Source: Armatimonadota bacterium
GTDB taxonomy: Bacteria > Armatimonadota > UBA5829 > DTLH01
Direction of reading: 5' to 3'
DNA length: 64,000 nt
Assembly: GCA_039679675.1 (NCBI GenBank)
Contig: JBDKUN010000021.1
Coordinates: 17,571 to 81,570 of the forward strand
The translations under genes were made by a program, and so were the position numbers. This document shows positions 27,700 through 37,685 of the stretch, piece by piece. Position 1 is the first letter of the stretch, and each line of letters starts with the position of its first letter. Below the pieces are notes generated by a model. It did no database searches, was not told the DNA's origin, and saw only the letters and a list, made by a program, of their open reading frames with translations.

Positions 27700-28662
27700 C
27701 TAGTACTCTACGACTGCGCGTTCGCGGTCCTGAAGTATTTTTTCGATCTGTAAAAACTCCTCTTCGGATATAACTAAGTCGGATGCGGCGGCATTTTCTT
27801 CTATCTGCTCTATTTCGGTCGCTCCCGTGATACAAGAAGTGATTTCAGAATGACTGAGCACCCAGGCGAGCGCAAGCTGGGACAGAGTTGCTTTCTTTGA
27901 ATGAGCAACTTCTGCAAGTGACTGGAGCGCCTTAACATTAGCCGGGTTGAGCCAGCGGCAGCCCTCTTCAGTACCGTAAAGCCTGGATCCGTAAGGCGCT
28001 TCACCAGACAGATACTTTTCGGAAAGCAATCCCTGCTCCAGAGGGCTCCAGACGATAATACCGATGCCCTCTTCTGCACAGTGGGGCATCAGCCCGAACT
28101 CTATATCTCTCTGGAACATATTGTAACGCGGCTGAAGCGAAGCAAACCTCGGCAAACCAAGCGCATCAGACACATCGAGCGCATTGTCCAGCTCATCGAC
28201 GCTGTAGTTCGAGCAACCGGCGTACAAGACCTTGCCCTGGATCATCAGTATATTCATAGCCTCAAGAGATTCCTCCATGGGGGTTTCTTCATCCGGCCAA
28301 TGGAACTGGTAGAGATCGATATAGTCCGTCCCAAGCCTCTTCAGGCTGTTGTCTACGGATTCCATGATGTGCTTTTTGCTCAGACCTTCGCCGTTCGGGC
28401 CATCCCACATCATACCCCGGCACTTCGTTGCGATGACCACCTGCTCACGGGGTTTTGTTTTGAGCCATGTACCCAGTATTTCCTCAGCGCGGCCATGCGC
28501 ATACACATCCGCTGTGTCGTAAAAATTGATTCCAAGTTCCCAAGCTCGCTCGCAAATAGCATGTGCCGCATCTTCATCCAGTTTCCGGCCCGATGTCAGC
28601 CAGTTTCCGAGCGATATTTCTGAAACCTTCAGCCCGGCTTCTCCCAGTCGTCTGTAGTTCAT
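27700..28662 (-). CDS. Aldo/keto reductase (Kv-beta/Tas-like)
   Basis: GLKVSEISLG, DTADVY, IATK, DYIDLYQFH, WSPLEQGLL motifs. Confidence 0.92.
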   Translation of the reverse strand: MNYRRLGEAGLKVSEISLGNWLTSGRKLDEDAAHAICERAWELGINFYDTADVYAHGRAEEILGTWLKTKPREQVVIATKCRGMMWDGPNGEGLSKKHIMESVDNSLKRLGTDYIDLYQFHWPDEETPMEESLEAMNILMIQGKVLYAGCSNYSVDELDNALDVSDALGLPRFASLQPRYNMFQRDIEFGLMPHCAEEGIGIIVWSPLEQGLLSEKYLSGEAPYGSRLYGTEEGCRWLNPANVKALQSLAEVAHSKKATLSQLALAWVLSHSEITSCITGATEIEQIEENAAASDLVISEEEFLQIEKILQDRERAVVEY

Positions 28663-28927
28663 TCTACCTCCGATCCTGCAGGCTGAGGGGTTATAACCTG
28701 CTCAGGAGGTTAATACCCGCAAATCCACCTCCTTAATATTCCGTCGCTCTTTCTTTACACTTTTTTATGTGATGTGTTATTCTAATAAGCGTGATCTGCT
28801 GTGTATGAGTACAAATGCCGGTTTTGTAGCCAATGCATTAGTTTTTCAGCAACTCATACAGCGATCATCTAAAATCCTTTTGACCTTCAAGTGATCCTCA
28901 TCACCAAAGGTTATGGAAGGCAATTCC

Positions 28928-30154
28928 GTGATTATAGTCCAGAAGTACGGCGGTAGTTCAGTTTCCAACACCGAAAAGATTCGCAACGTAGCAAAACGGG
29001 CAGCCCATGCCGCCAAAGATGCCAGCGTGGTTGTCGTAGTCTCAGCGATGGGTGACACCACAGATGATCTGCTCGCAATGGCGAAGGAACTGAGCGATAT
29101 ACCCGACGGCAGGGAACTGGATAAGCTCCTTGCTACAGGAGAGCAGATGTCGAGCGCGCTCCTGACCCTGGCGCTGCAAGCCGAAGGAGCTCGTGCGGTA
29201 TCTCTCACAGGTGGACAGGCCGGAATCATCACGGAAAGAGTGCCGAGCAAAGCCCGCATCCTCAAAATCGATCCCCGGCGTGTAGAAGAAGAGCTAAACA
29301 GCGGTAAAATAGTCGTTGTCGCCGGATTCCAGGGTATAACCGAGAATGCAAGCTGGGCCGATATTACAACACTCGGACGCGGCGGGTCTGACACTACAGC
29401 TGTCGCGCTCGCAGCGGCACTTAAAGCCGACAAATGCGAGATATATACCGATGTCGATGGCGTGTACTCTGCTGATCCCCGGCTGGAGCCGAATGCCGTC
29501 AAGCTTGACAGCATCTGCTATGAAGAGATGCTTGAAATGGCCGTACAAGGCGCAAAAGTAATGCATTCCCGAGCAGTGGAGCTCGGCGAACTCTATGATG
29601 TTGAGATTCTGGTTGCCAACAGCTCAAATGATTCGCCAGGCACCATAATCAAAAAGGAGGACACTGGTATGGAAATACGAAATCCAGTGCGTGGGATTGC
29701 ACATGATGCCGATACTGCAAGACTGACTATATTGTCCGTGCCCGACAAGGCCGGGATTGCATACAAACTGTTCCAAACGATGGCCGATAACAATATTAAT
29801 GTAGATATTATCGTTCAGAATATGTCCGTTACCTCAGGATTGACCGACATATCATTTACGGTTGCACTGCCCGATCTTGAAAAGACGAAGAGTATACTCG
29901 CCCCTGTAGTTGAAGAATTAGACGCCAAAGAATTGTTTACAGACCAAAACGTGGCAAAAATATCTATCATTGGTAGCGGAATACGCAGCCATCCAGGATA
30001 CGCGGCCAAGATGTTCGGTGCACTCGCGAGAGAGGGCATAAATATCCTCGGAATTTCCACAAGCGAAATCCGCATCACCTGCCTTATCCATAAAGATTAT
30101 GTGAAACAGTCCGTCCAGGCACTCCACAGCGCGTTCCACCTGGAAAAGCCGTAG
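28928..30154 (+). CDS. lysC: Aspartate kinase with two ACT domains
   Basis: VQKYGGSS, VVSAMG, TTLGRGGSDTTA, TDVDGVY; ACT domains. Start at GTG 28928 (or ATG 28913). Confidence 0.95.
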   Translation: MIIVQKYGGSSVSNTEKIRNVAKRAAHAAKDASVVVVVSAMGDTTDDLLAMAKELSDIPDGRELDKLLATGEQMSSALLTLALQAEGARAVSLTGGQAGIITERVPSKARILKIDPRRVEEELNSGKIVVVAGFQGITENASWADITTLGRGGSDTTAVALAAALKADKCEIYTDVDGVYSADPRLEPNAVKLDSICYEEMLEMAVQGAKVMHSRAVELGELYDVEILVANSSNDSPGTIIKKEDTGMEIRNPVRGIAHDADTARLTILSVPDKAGIAYKLFQTMADNNINVDIIVQNMSVTSGLTDISFTVALPDLEKTKSILAPVVEELDAKELFTDQNVAKISIIGSGIRSHPGYAAKMFGALAREGINILGISTSEIRITCLIHKDYVKQSVQALHSAFHLEKP

Positions 30155-30180
30155 AAAGCTGCCAGCAGGAAAAGACCAAA

Positions 30181-30209
30181 ACGGCCCCTCGCTTTTGGCG
30201 AGAGGCCGT
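30181..30209. terminator. Hairpin terminator between convergent lysC and rpoD
   Basis: ACGGCCCCTCGC-TTTTG-GCGAGAGGCCGT flanked by A/T runs. Confidence 0.65.
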
Positions 30210-30235
30210 GTGTGTTTTATTTACTTCAGAATGAT

Positions 30236-31360
30236 CTATTCCAGATAATCCCGCAGTTTCCTGCTTCGGTTCGGATGGCGCAACTTCTTCAGAGCCTTTG
30301 CCTCGATCTGCCTGATGCGCTCCCTCGTTACTTTGAAATGCCGCCCGACCTCTTCAAGTGTCCGAGAATACCCATCATCCAACCCAAAGCGCATCTTCAA
30401 AACATCGCGCTCTCTGGGCGTCAGGTTGTTCAGGACCTCTTCTATCTTCTCACGAAGGATCATATTGGACGCTGCCTCCGCAGGGGAGATCGCTTCCTGG
30501 TCCTCGATAAAGTCTGCCAGGTGGCTGTCCTCTTCCTCCCCGATAGGGGTCTCAAGCGACAGCGGCTCCGGGGCGATTCGGATGATTTCGCTCACCCGGT
30601 CGGTCGGAAGCCCCATTTCTCTTCCGAGTTCCTCGATTGTAGGCTCTCTTCCAAGGTCCTGTAAAAGCTGCCCTGATGTCTTGATCAGCCTGTTGATGGT
30701 TTCGACCATATGGACAGGGATTCTGATCGTCCGTCCCTGGTCTGCAATTGCACGTGTAATGGCCTGCCTGATCCACCAGGTGGCATACGTGCTGAATTTG
30801 TAGCCTTTCCGATAGTCGAACTTTTCGACCGCTCGTATAAGGCCTATATTACCCTCCTGGATAAGGTCCGGGAAGGACATTCCCCTACCGCTGTAGCGCT
30901 TTGCAATGCTGACAACCAAACGAAGGTTCGCCTCGGTCAGAGTCGCTTTGGCTTCTTCGTCACCTGCTTCTATCCTCTTTGCCAGAGACACCTCTTTTTC
31001 GGTTGTGAGAAGGGGTGTCTTGCCTATCTCGCGAAGCCACATTCGAACAGAGTCGTCAAGAGGCATACCTTCCATAGCGGATAGGTCTTCCTCTGCAACC
31101 TCTGCCTCATGATGCGTGTCATCCGTCCCGCTGGCACCTTCGATCAACGCAGGGAACTCCTTAGCTCTCTCTACGACTCGAATTCCCTCATCGGCGAATG
31201 TCTGAAGAAGGTCGTCATATTGTTCCGCATCCAGTTCCTCTTGATGGCTGAGGGTATCCGTTATCTCTTCGTAAGTTAGAACTCCCTTACGTTTTCCTTC
31301 ATCAATGAGCGTTTGTATCTCTGCGCTACCTTTCAACTGGTCCACAGCCACTAAACTCAA
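30236..31360 (-). CDS. rpoD: Primary RNA polymerase sigma factor
   Basis: Regions 1.1-4: [40 protein letters not shown]; follows dnaG. Confidence 0.97.
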   Translation of the reverse strand: MSLVAVDQLKGSAEIQTLIDEGKRKGVLTYEEITDTLSHQEELDAEQYDDLLQTFADEGIRVVERAKEFPALIEGASGTDDTHHEAEVAEEDLSAMEGMPLDDSVRMWLREIGKTPLLTTEKEVSLAKRIEAGDEEAKATLTEANLRLVVSIAKRYSGRGMSFPDLIQEGNIGLIRAVEKFDYRKGYKFSTYATWWIRQAITRAIADQGRTIRIPVHMVETINRLIKTSGQLLQDLGREPTIEELGREMGLPTDRVSEIIRIAPEPLSLETPIGEEEDSHLADFIEDQEAISPAEAASNMILREKIEEVLNNLTPRERDVLKMRFGLDDGYSRTLEEVGRHFKVTRERIRQIEAKALKKLRHPNRSRKLRDYLE

Positions 31361-31417
31361 CTCCCTTCAAAACTTTTGGAGGCAATCATACAATTTATAA
31401 TATTTAACATTCCTACA

Positions 31418-33208
31418 CTAATTGTGCAATTCTTGTACCAACTGCCAATATTCTGCAAATTCATTATCAGTACGCTTGATTTCCCCTCGCTCAAATTTCT
31501 CTGCGAGAGTCCTGAAGCGTTTTTCCAACTCTTTTTTGTGATATATTTTAATCGTACTTATAAGGTCCTCAGTCGGTGTCCCCGATACCTCGGACGCAGT
31601 TACGAGCAGCTCATTTAGAAGCTGCTCTCCGGGCGTTGCCGCAAGTTTTGCGGCAAGTGAATCTATATTAAGTGTTCCACTGCGGGTCAATTCTTCCTGC
31701 ATGGCCGCCGCAACGGCCTTTACATCATCGCTCAGGAACTTGTCTGGGGGAATCTGGACAAATATATCCAATGCATCCAACCCATGACATAATATATTAC
31801 CCAAAAGCTCTCTTTCTGCTTTTCTTACCGCTTTTCCTTCTTCTGAGATCAAATTGACCCGTGGTGGCATCTTTTTCTTCTCAGATGACGATGATTTCGT
31901 CGCAATGCGGGCTCGCCTGGCCTCGACCTCCTGACGTATATGAACCTCCGCCGGTACCGTTCCGCTTCTGAAATTCGGATGGTACGGCGCAAGGAGAGCT
32001 ATTAACCGCTCCCGCTCAACCTGTCGCGTCACTTCCGCAACAACAGGTATCGCTTCTTTCAAAAGCGCCAACTGGCCGGCGCGAGTGCCGGTATCATGCT
32101 TTGCAGCGATAATCCTCAGCCTGTAATCCGGGACCGGGATAGCACCTTCCACCAATTCGGCGAACACCGCTCTGTCCCCGCGCCTGATCAGGCTGTCCGG
32201 ATCTTCTCCCGCAGGCAATGGAGCCGCCTTAACCTCGAACTCCGCCTCCTCAAACATCGGCGCGCTTCTCATCGCAGCCGACATACCAGCTGAATCGGAG
32301 TCGTACGCTAAAACAGCCGTCTTTGTATATCGAGACAATACGTTTACGTGTTCTGAAGTGAGGGCGGTTCCCAATGTAGCGACTACATTCGTAAATCCCG
32401 CGGTATGCGCGGTAAGGGCATCCATGTAGCCTTCTACCAGTATCACACAGCCCTGGTCAATAATCGACTTCCTGGCAAAGTTCAGCGCGTAGAGTGTCCT
32501 GTTTTTTACAAATACCGGTGTCTCCGGCGAATTGATATACTTCGCATCGCTGCCTCCGAGATCACGCCCGCCAAACCCGATTACCCTGTTCTGGATGTCG
32601 AATATCGGAAATATAAGCCGGTTTCGGAACCTGTCATAATAACCCTGGCCCGATTCCCGAGCAATAAGAAGGCCCGCTTTTGCCCCGTCTGCAAGCTTTA
32701 CCCTTTGGGTCCTCAAACAATCCGCCAGCCCACTCCACTCCGAGAGCGCAAACCCCAATTTGAATTGTTCTACAGCCTCGGGCGATATACCTCTTTTTTG
32801 TATATAATCCCGCGCTTCTTTATTACGCTCGAGTGTCTTGCGAAAATAAGCGGTCGCCAGATTGTTGACGTGAAATACAATATCACGCTCTCCTGCCGAC
32901 CGCATATCTTTTGGCGAATGTGTTATTTCGACACCCACTTTGGCAGCCAGTTGCTCGACTGCTTCGGGAAATGTCAACCCCTCAATACGCATTAAAAAAG
33001 AAAACACGTCGCCATTTGCACCACATCCGAAACACATCCATCTCTGGGTATCGCGGTTGACTACAAACGACGGCGTCTTTTCCGAATGAAACGGGCAAGC
33101 CCCCTTAAGGTTCTTCCCGCTTCGTTTCAGTGCGACATAGGGGGATATAATCTCGACGATATCGCACCTTGATCGAATATCCTCCAGCGGATAGCGGGAA
33201 GAAACCAA
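31418..33208 (-). CDS. dnaG: DNA primase
   Basis: CPFHSEKTPSF..CFGC zinc finger, KYINSPET, EGYMD, YDSDSAG, DPD motifs. Confidence 0.97.
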   Translation of the reverse strand: MVSSRYPLEDIRSRCDIVEIISPYVALKRSGKNLKGACPFHSEKTPSFVVNRDTQRWMCFGCGANGDVFSFLMRIEGLTFPEAVEQLAAKVGVEITHSPKDMRSAGERDIVFHVNNLATAYFRKTLERNKEARDYIQKRGISPEAVEQFKLGFALSEWSGLADCLRTQRVKLADGAKAGLLIARESGQGYYDRFRNRLIFPIFDIQNRVIGFGGRDLGGSDAKYINSPETPVFVKNRTLYALNFARKSIIDQGCVILVEGYMDALTAHTAGFTNVVATLGTALTSEHVNVLSRYTKTAVLAYDSDSAGMSAAMRSAPMFEEAEFEVKAAPLPAGEDPDSLIRRGDRAVFAELVEGAIPVPDYRLRIIAAKHDTGTRAGQLALLKEAIPVVAEVTRQVERERLIALLAPYHPNFRSGTVPAEVHIRQEVEARRARIATKSSSSEKKKMPPRVNLISEEGKAVRKAERELLGNILCHGLDALDIFVQIPPDKFLSDDVKAVAAAMQEELTRSGTLNIDSLAAKLAATPGEQLLNELLVTASEVSGTPTEDLISTIKIYHKKELEKRFRTLAEKFERGEIKRTDNEFAEYWQLVQELHN

Positions 33209-33282
33209 TGCTAGCTCACCTCATTATAGTAAACCTGCCAGCGCTGCCGTAAGGCCGGGAGGCTAGAGTTTTGCTCAGCTTA

Positions 33283-33996
33283 TTACTCGTCTTCTGGATT
33301 GAAAGCTATGGTAATACCTACAAGCTTCTTCTCAAGGAAGATAAACAGACATCTGTGCTTGTCGGTATATTTGGCCATCAGAAACCGTCCGAGTGACTGT
33401 TGTTTTTCAGGATAGCCATACTTGAAGATAACATCCTTATAGTAACTGCCGAGCTTAATGCCTTTGGATGTTTTCGAAAGTGCGAACGGCTGATCTCCGC
33501 CGACTGTTATCTGAATCACACGCCCGCTCTCGGAGATCAGAAACTCCAGTGTCGTACCGCTCTGCAGATCGTAAGTCCAGCTGACTGTGCTCTCTGTAGG
33601 CTGGTTCTGCTGTGTGCCGTTGTTTCCGCTGGTTCCAGGAGCACCGGGAGCGCCGGTATCGACTCCGGGAAGAGGAGCATAGCTACCCGACGATCCGTTA
33701 GCATAACTCTGTCCTAACTGGCCGATTGGTCCTGTCTGCTGCTGTGATGAACCAGGCATATTAGACAGCAAAGAGCCTGCGGGCTGATTCTGCGGCTGCC
33801 CTTCTCCGGGATTGCCAGTATTGGCCGTCTGAGTTGTAATTCTGGTGGGATTACCGTATTTCTTTAGCACTGTTTGCGCAGGGGAACCGAGTCTAATTCC
33901 AGCTAAAGTCCTTTCAACTGCGAACACTGAAATACTCGCCCCAAAAACGAGAACAAAAACCATCAGGGCGACTATTGCCCTTTTAGATGTCAGCAT
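33283..33996 (-). CDS. Secreted hypothetical protein with two GI(R/K)LGS..V..KYGxP repeats and a low-complexity G/Q/P insert
   Basis: AAGGAG RBS before ATG at 33996; signal peptide; repeats LAGIRLGSPAQTVLKKYGNP and KGIKLGSYYKDVIFKYGYP. Confidence 0.7.
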   Translation of the reverse strand: MLTSKRAIVALMVFVLVFGASISVFAVERTLAGIRLGSPAQTVLKKYGNPTRITTQTANTGNPGEGQPQNQPAGSLLSNMPGSSQQQTGPIGQLGQSYANGSSGSYAPLPGVDTGAPGAPGTSGNNGTQQNQPTESTVSWTYDLQSGTTLEFLISESGRVIQITVGGDQPFALSKTSKGIKLGSYYKDVIFKYGYPEKQQSLGRFLMAKYTDKHRCLFIFLEKKLVGITIAFNPEDE

Positions 33997-34219
33997 CAGG
34001 CACTGCTCCTTTGCCATAAATTGCAATCGATTACCATTTCCACGCTTTCCAGCGGAATTCCTTCTCCCAAACCCCAAAGTTTTCACCTCCCGTGACACAA
34101 AACTCTTTGCAGTCTGCGCCCTCGTAATAATAGACGACCAAAACTGCTGCAATGTTCACGTAAAGAGATGAAATACCATGGATCGGCTGAACAAGCCGCC
34201 GGAAAGCCGTTTTATATGA

Positions 34220-34822
34220 TTAGAACTTCAGACTTAACCGAATTATGATAAGTCCGAAAACGAAAATCACTGCGACCATATTGAGATATTCGTGATTGGC
34301 AACGATCTTAGCCCACTGCAGTCTAGTAGAAGATGCCTTCGAGTAGGGCGTGAGCCTGGGACGGAACCTGCATACCTCGTTGCAGTAGTGGATATAATCC
34401 TCACCGAATATACCTCTTAGCCTCTCTTCCTCGCGGCCTATCCGGCTGTACACATAAAGCGCGAAGAGAATGATGTATCCGACTACAAGAAGAGGAACAT
34501 TCATTACCTGAGTCTTCTCCCACCATGCCTGCTGGATCATAATCATGAACCCAAGCAGCACGAAAAACCGGCCAAAATACATGGGATTTCGGATGTAGGA
34601 GTAAGGACCGGATGTTGCAAGCGCTTTATCCTTCCTTAAGTGGGATGCCGCCCATAACTGCATCAGCTCTCCAAAAAACGTCGCTACCATCCCAACCCAA
34701 AGCCAGTCGGTCTTTCGGTTTATGAGATAAACGCCTACGGCTACGAATAAAGTCATCAGCGGTACTCTCCACCACTGGAGTACAGATCTTGCCTTAACTA
34801 CCCAACTAGCTTCAGTTGCCAT
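34220..34822 (-). CDS. Isoprenylcysteine carboxyl methyltransferase/PEMT-family membrane protein
   Basis: LATSGPYSYIRNPMYFG and EEERLRGIFGEDY motifs. Confidence 0.85.
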   Translation of the reverse strand: MATEASWVVKARSVLQWWRVPLMTLFVAVGVYLINRKTDWLWVGMVATFFGELMQLWAASHLRKDKALATSGPYSYIRNPMYFGRFFVLLGFMIMIQQAWWEKTQVMNVPLLVVGYIILFALYVYSRIGREEERLRGIFGEDYIHYCNEVCRFRPRLTPYSKASSTRLQWAKIVANHEYLNMVAVIFVFGLIIIRLSLKF

Positions 34823-35603
34823 TATTTGTGTTTCTTGCCCCTATATATTTGATCATTGTTACCGTTGTCCCGGTCTCGTCGAAGGCGTAATCGACACTAT
34901 CCATCGACGCTCTCATGAAAAAGATACCCATTCCGCCTTCACGGGGGTTGCAGGGATCGGGAATCGGAACCGTATTCGGATCGAACTTATTCCCCGGATA
35001 GCTGACCTTAATTACCAGCTTCTCCTCATCACCGGTGCAATTCACATTAAGCCGGTCGTCTTCTCCACCATTGCACCCATGTCTGATAGCATTCGAGACG
35101 GCTTCTCCGACTGCAAGCCTGATATCATCGATCTGATATCGCGAAAACGGCATCGACTCGGCAAGTTCAGTCACTCGCTGCCTAATCAATCCGTTCCTGT
35201 CAGCCGGCAGCGGAATACTGAACTTGACCTGCTGCCAAAGCCCGCCTGCACAGTGCTTCCGATCCGGTTCCGGGCTATCATTTACATGCTCTATATTCAA
35301 TAAATCGGCAAAGCCGGATATCTGCAGCGCATGCACAGTCTGCTGAGTCGCGGAACGCAAAACAAGCTCCCCGCCTGCATCCCTCAGCTTCTGAGCCCCG
35401 CGTATGATGGCACCAATCCCGCTTGAATCTATGAAATCGACCGAACCACAGTCCATTACTATGTGAGTCGAGCCGTCATGCAGGAGACTCTCAATAGCCT
35501 CCTTTATGCTGCCCGTGGACTCGTAATTGACTTCGCCGGTCAACGTCACAAGCGGCGGCTGGTTTTGTTGAACTGTTACTATACAATTAGCCAGTGTTAA
35601 CAT
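34812..35603 (-). CDS. STAS (anti-anti-sigma) / RsbW-like anti-sigma kinase fusion
   Basis: FIDSSGIG phospho-Ser motif; LAVGEAVSNAIRHG N-box; EGGMGIFFM G2-box. Confidence 0.88.
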   Translation of the reverse strand: MLTLANCIVTVQQNQPPLVTLTGEVNYESTGSIKEAIESLLHDGSTHIVMDCGSVDFIDSSGIGAIIRGAQKLRDAGGELVLRSATQQTVHALQISGFADLLNIEHVNDSPEPDRKHCAGGLWQQVKFSIPLPADRNGLIRQRVTELAESMPFSRYQIDDIRLAVGEAVSNAIRHGCNGGEDDRLNVNCTGDEEKLVIKVSYPGNKFDPNTVPIPDPCNPREGGMGIFFMRASMDSVDYAFDETGTTVTMIKYIGARNTNNGN

Positions 35604-35619
35604 ACAACACACCCTACTA

Positions 35620-35648
35620 AGTTTAGCATGGCCATGCCAGCTCGTCAA
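35620..35648 (-). promoter_or_regulatory. sigma70 promoter with a 12-bp palindrome in the spacer
   Basis: TTGACG-N17-TAAACT; GCATGGCCATGC at 35626-35637. Confidence 0.6.
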
Positions 35649-35793
35649 GAATGAGTTCAAAATTCAATATTGAATTGGAAAACTAAGGGCCCGATTATCC
35701 ATCAAGGCCCTCAACCGCATACTCATTAAGTGGCAACATCTTGACAACCACTTCTTTAACAGCCTGATTAGTCACACTCTAGTTAAAGTATAT

Positions 35794-35819
35794 GTTTTAT
35801 TGCTAAAAGCCCTGGGTAA
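35794..35819 (+). promoter_or_regulatory. SigB/SigF-type promoter
   Basis: GTTT-N16-GGGTAA. Confidence 0.5.
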
Positions 35820-35934
35820 AGCAGGGAAGCAAGAAAGCAAATGCTAGCCTGCTTTTGAGCGGAGTGAGACTCTCCCGACCAGTTGGCATACGATTAGTCA
35901 GCTTAAAATTCATAGAAAGGGGTGCAATATAGTC

Positions 35935-37146
35935 ATGTCAACTAATAGATTGGTTTTCGCCTGTATTGCAGTGCTCCTGCTGATCGCGGGTTGCGGTGGT
36001 GGAGGTGGAGGCAGTAACATTCCGGTCACACCCGACCCGGATAACCCTTCAGTTAATCGGGCACCGGTTATCACGAGCTTGTCACCGCAGGGAAGCTCCG
36101 CAGATCCCATCAGAATTCAGACCGACCGCACTCAGCAAATGGTTGTGGCAGCGACGGATCCCGATGGAGACAAACTGACCTACACATGGTCTGTTGATAA
36201 CGGACGTCTCGCCGGAACGGATGTGGATTACGAGTTTACAGCTCCATCTGCCGTCTGTAATGCTATTGTTACGGTTGTGGTAAACGACGGGCACAACCAC
36301 ACGGCATCTGCAAAGTGCTATTTCACTGTCTATAAACAGAATACTCCCGAACCGCCTAATCCCAATGAAAACGACCCACCTGTTATCACGAGCGTCACTG
36401 CCGATCCCAGCGCTGTGGACGTAAACGGAACATCCACTGTTACAGCGGTAGCAACCGATCCGGATGGTGACGATCTTACTTATACCTGGGTTGCAACGGG
36501 TGGGTCTGTCCAGTCGCAGAACGGCAACTCAGCAGTCTGGAAAGCACCTGAAGCCGCCGGAAGCTGCACAATGACCGTATTTGTGAGTGACGGGGTCAAC
36601 CCGGCGGTCTCCAAAGCTGCAGCCATTTCGGTAGCAGGGAAAATTGAACCCCCTGTCACTAATGGACTCACCGCAAAGTATATACAGAATAACCATGTAG
36701 ATGCTCACCCTGATCTTTCAAAAGGCCAGGTTGTATTAACGCGGACCGATCCGAATATAAACTTCGACTGGGGGAGAAAAGCTCCTGACCCGGGTTTGAT
36801 CACTCTGCCTGATACCGGCAACGGCCATGACTTCGGCGTTATCTGGTCGGGCTATATCAAGTGTGAAACTGCCGGCGCCTATGCATTCCGGGCCAGATAC
36901 GACGACGGGTTCCGTCTGAGAATTGCTGATGACAGCAACAAGCTGAAAACGATAATCGACGGCTGGAACACAGGTCCCGCCCTTGTGATGGAAGGTAAGA
37001 TCGATCTGGCCGGAAGTAAATGGTATAAAATCGAGGTCAGCTATTTCGAGGATGAAGACCGTTCATATGTCCAGCTCTACTGGATGCCTCCTGGAGCTAC
37101 GACCTGGACGATAGTCCCGACAAACGCGCTCAGAACAGCAGAATAA
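35935..37146 (+). CDS. Lipoprotein with two Ig-like/PKD repeats and a PA14 domain
   Basis: IAGC lipobox; N..PVITS and ATDPDGD.LTYTW x2; TDPNINFDWG, WSGYI, DDGFRL, YFE (PA14). Confidence 0.85.
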   Translation: MSTNRLVFACIAVLLLIAGCGGGGGGSNIPVTPDPDNPSVNRAPVITSLSPQGSSADPIRIQTDRTQQMVVAATDPDGDKLTYTWSVDNGRLAGTDVDYEFTAPSAVCNAIVTVVVNDGHNHTASAKCYFTVYKQNTPEPPNPNENDPPVITSVTADPSAVDVNGTSTVTAVATDPDGDDLTYTWVATGGSVQSQNGNSAVWKAPEAAGSCTMTVFVSDGVNPAVSKAAAISVAGKIEPPVTNGLTAKYIQNNHVDAHPDLSKGQVVLTRTDPNINFDWGRKAPDPGLITLPDTGNGHDFGVIWSGYIKCETAGAYAFRARYDDGFRLRIADDSNKLKTIIDGWNTGPALVMEGKIDLAGSKWYKIEVSYFEDEDRSYVQLYWMPPGATTWTIVPTNALRTAE

Positions 37147-37184
37147 AACTGATATTTTCATCCATTTCGATTTTATACAGGCTC

Positions 37185-37220
37185 GAATAAAGACCTCGGT
37201 TTGCGCCGGGGTCTTTATTC
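37185..37220. terminator. Intrinsic terminator
   Basis: GAATAAAGACCTCGG..CCGGGGTCTTTATTC. Confidence 0.75.
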
Positions 37221-37249
37221 ATTGATTACCGGCTGCGGCGCTCAAAAGT

Positions 37250-37278
37250 TTGACCATGGCAGCCGGCAGTGCTATAAT
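37250..37278 (+). promoter_or_regulatory. sigma70 promoter of the remA-fmt operon
   Basis: TTGACC-N17-TATAAT with TG extension. Confidence 0.75.
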
Positions 37279-37406
37279 TTATTGATTTCCGGTTGTATTA
37301 CAACCCCAAAATTTACCTGAGTGGTTCAGGTGTGAGTCATACCTGAAACCTGTTTATTATGATCAAGGCGGTGAACATGCCGCTGTAGGCGCGGAGGGTA
37401 TTACTA

Positions 37407-37685
37407 TTGACAACAACCGCCATGAGTATAGGGTTCGGAAACTTTGTCGTTAGAGAAAGGATCATAGCTATCCTCTCTAGCGCATCGGCGCCGGTAAAAC
37501 GTGTGATCCAGGAAGCCCGAAAACAAAGCCAGTTAATCGACGCAACCCAGGGACGCAGGACGAAAAGCGTTTTGTTCATGGATAACGGACAGGTTATAAT
37601 ATCCGCGCTGGGCCAGGAAACGCTGGCAAAACGAATGGCGTCGCTTGTTCCAACCCCCGAAACAGACAATGCAGATTTGGGATAA
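37407..37685 (+). CDS. remA: RemA/DUF370 family regulator
   Basis: IGFGNFV, SAPVKR, LIDATQGRRTKSV; GGAGG RBS; located before gmk. Confidence 0.9.
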   Translation: MTTTAMSIGFGNFVVRERIIAILSSASAPVKRVIQEARKQSQLIDATQGRRTKSVLFMDNGQVIISALGQETLAKRMASLVPTPETDNADLG

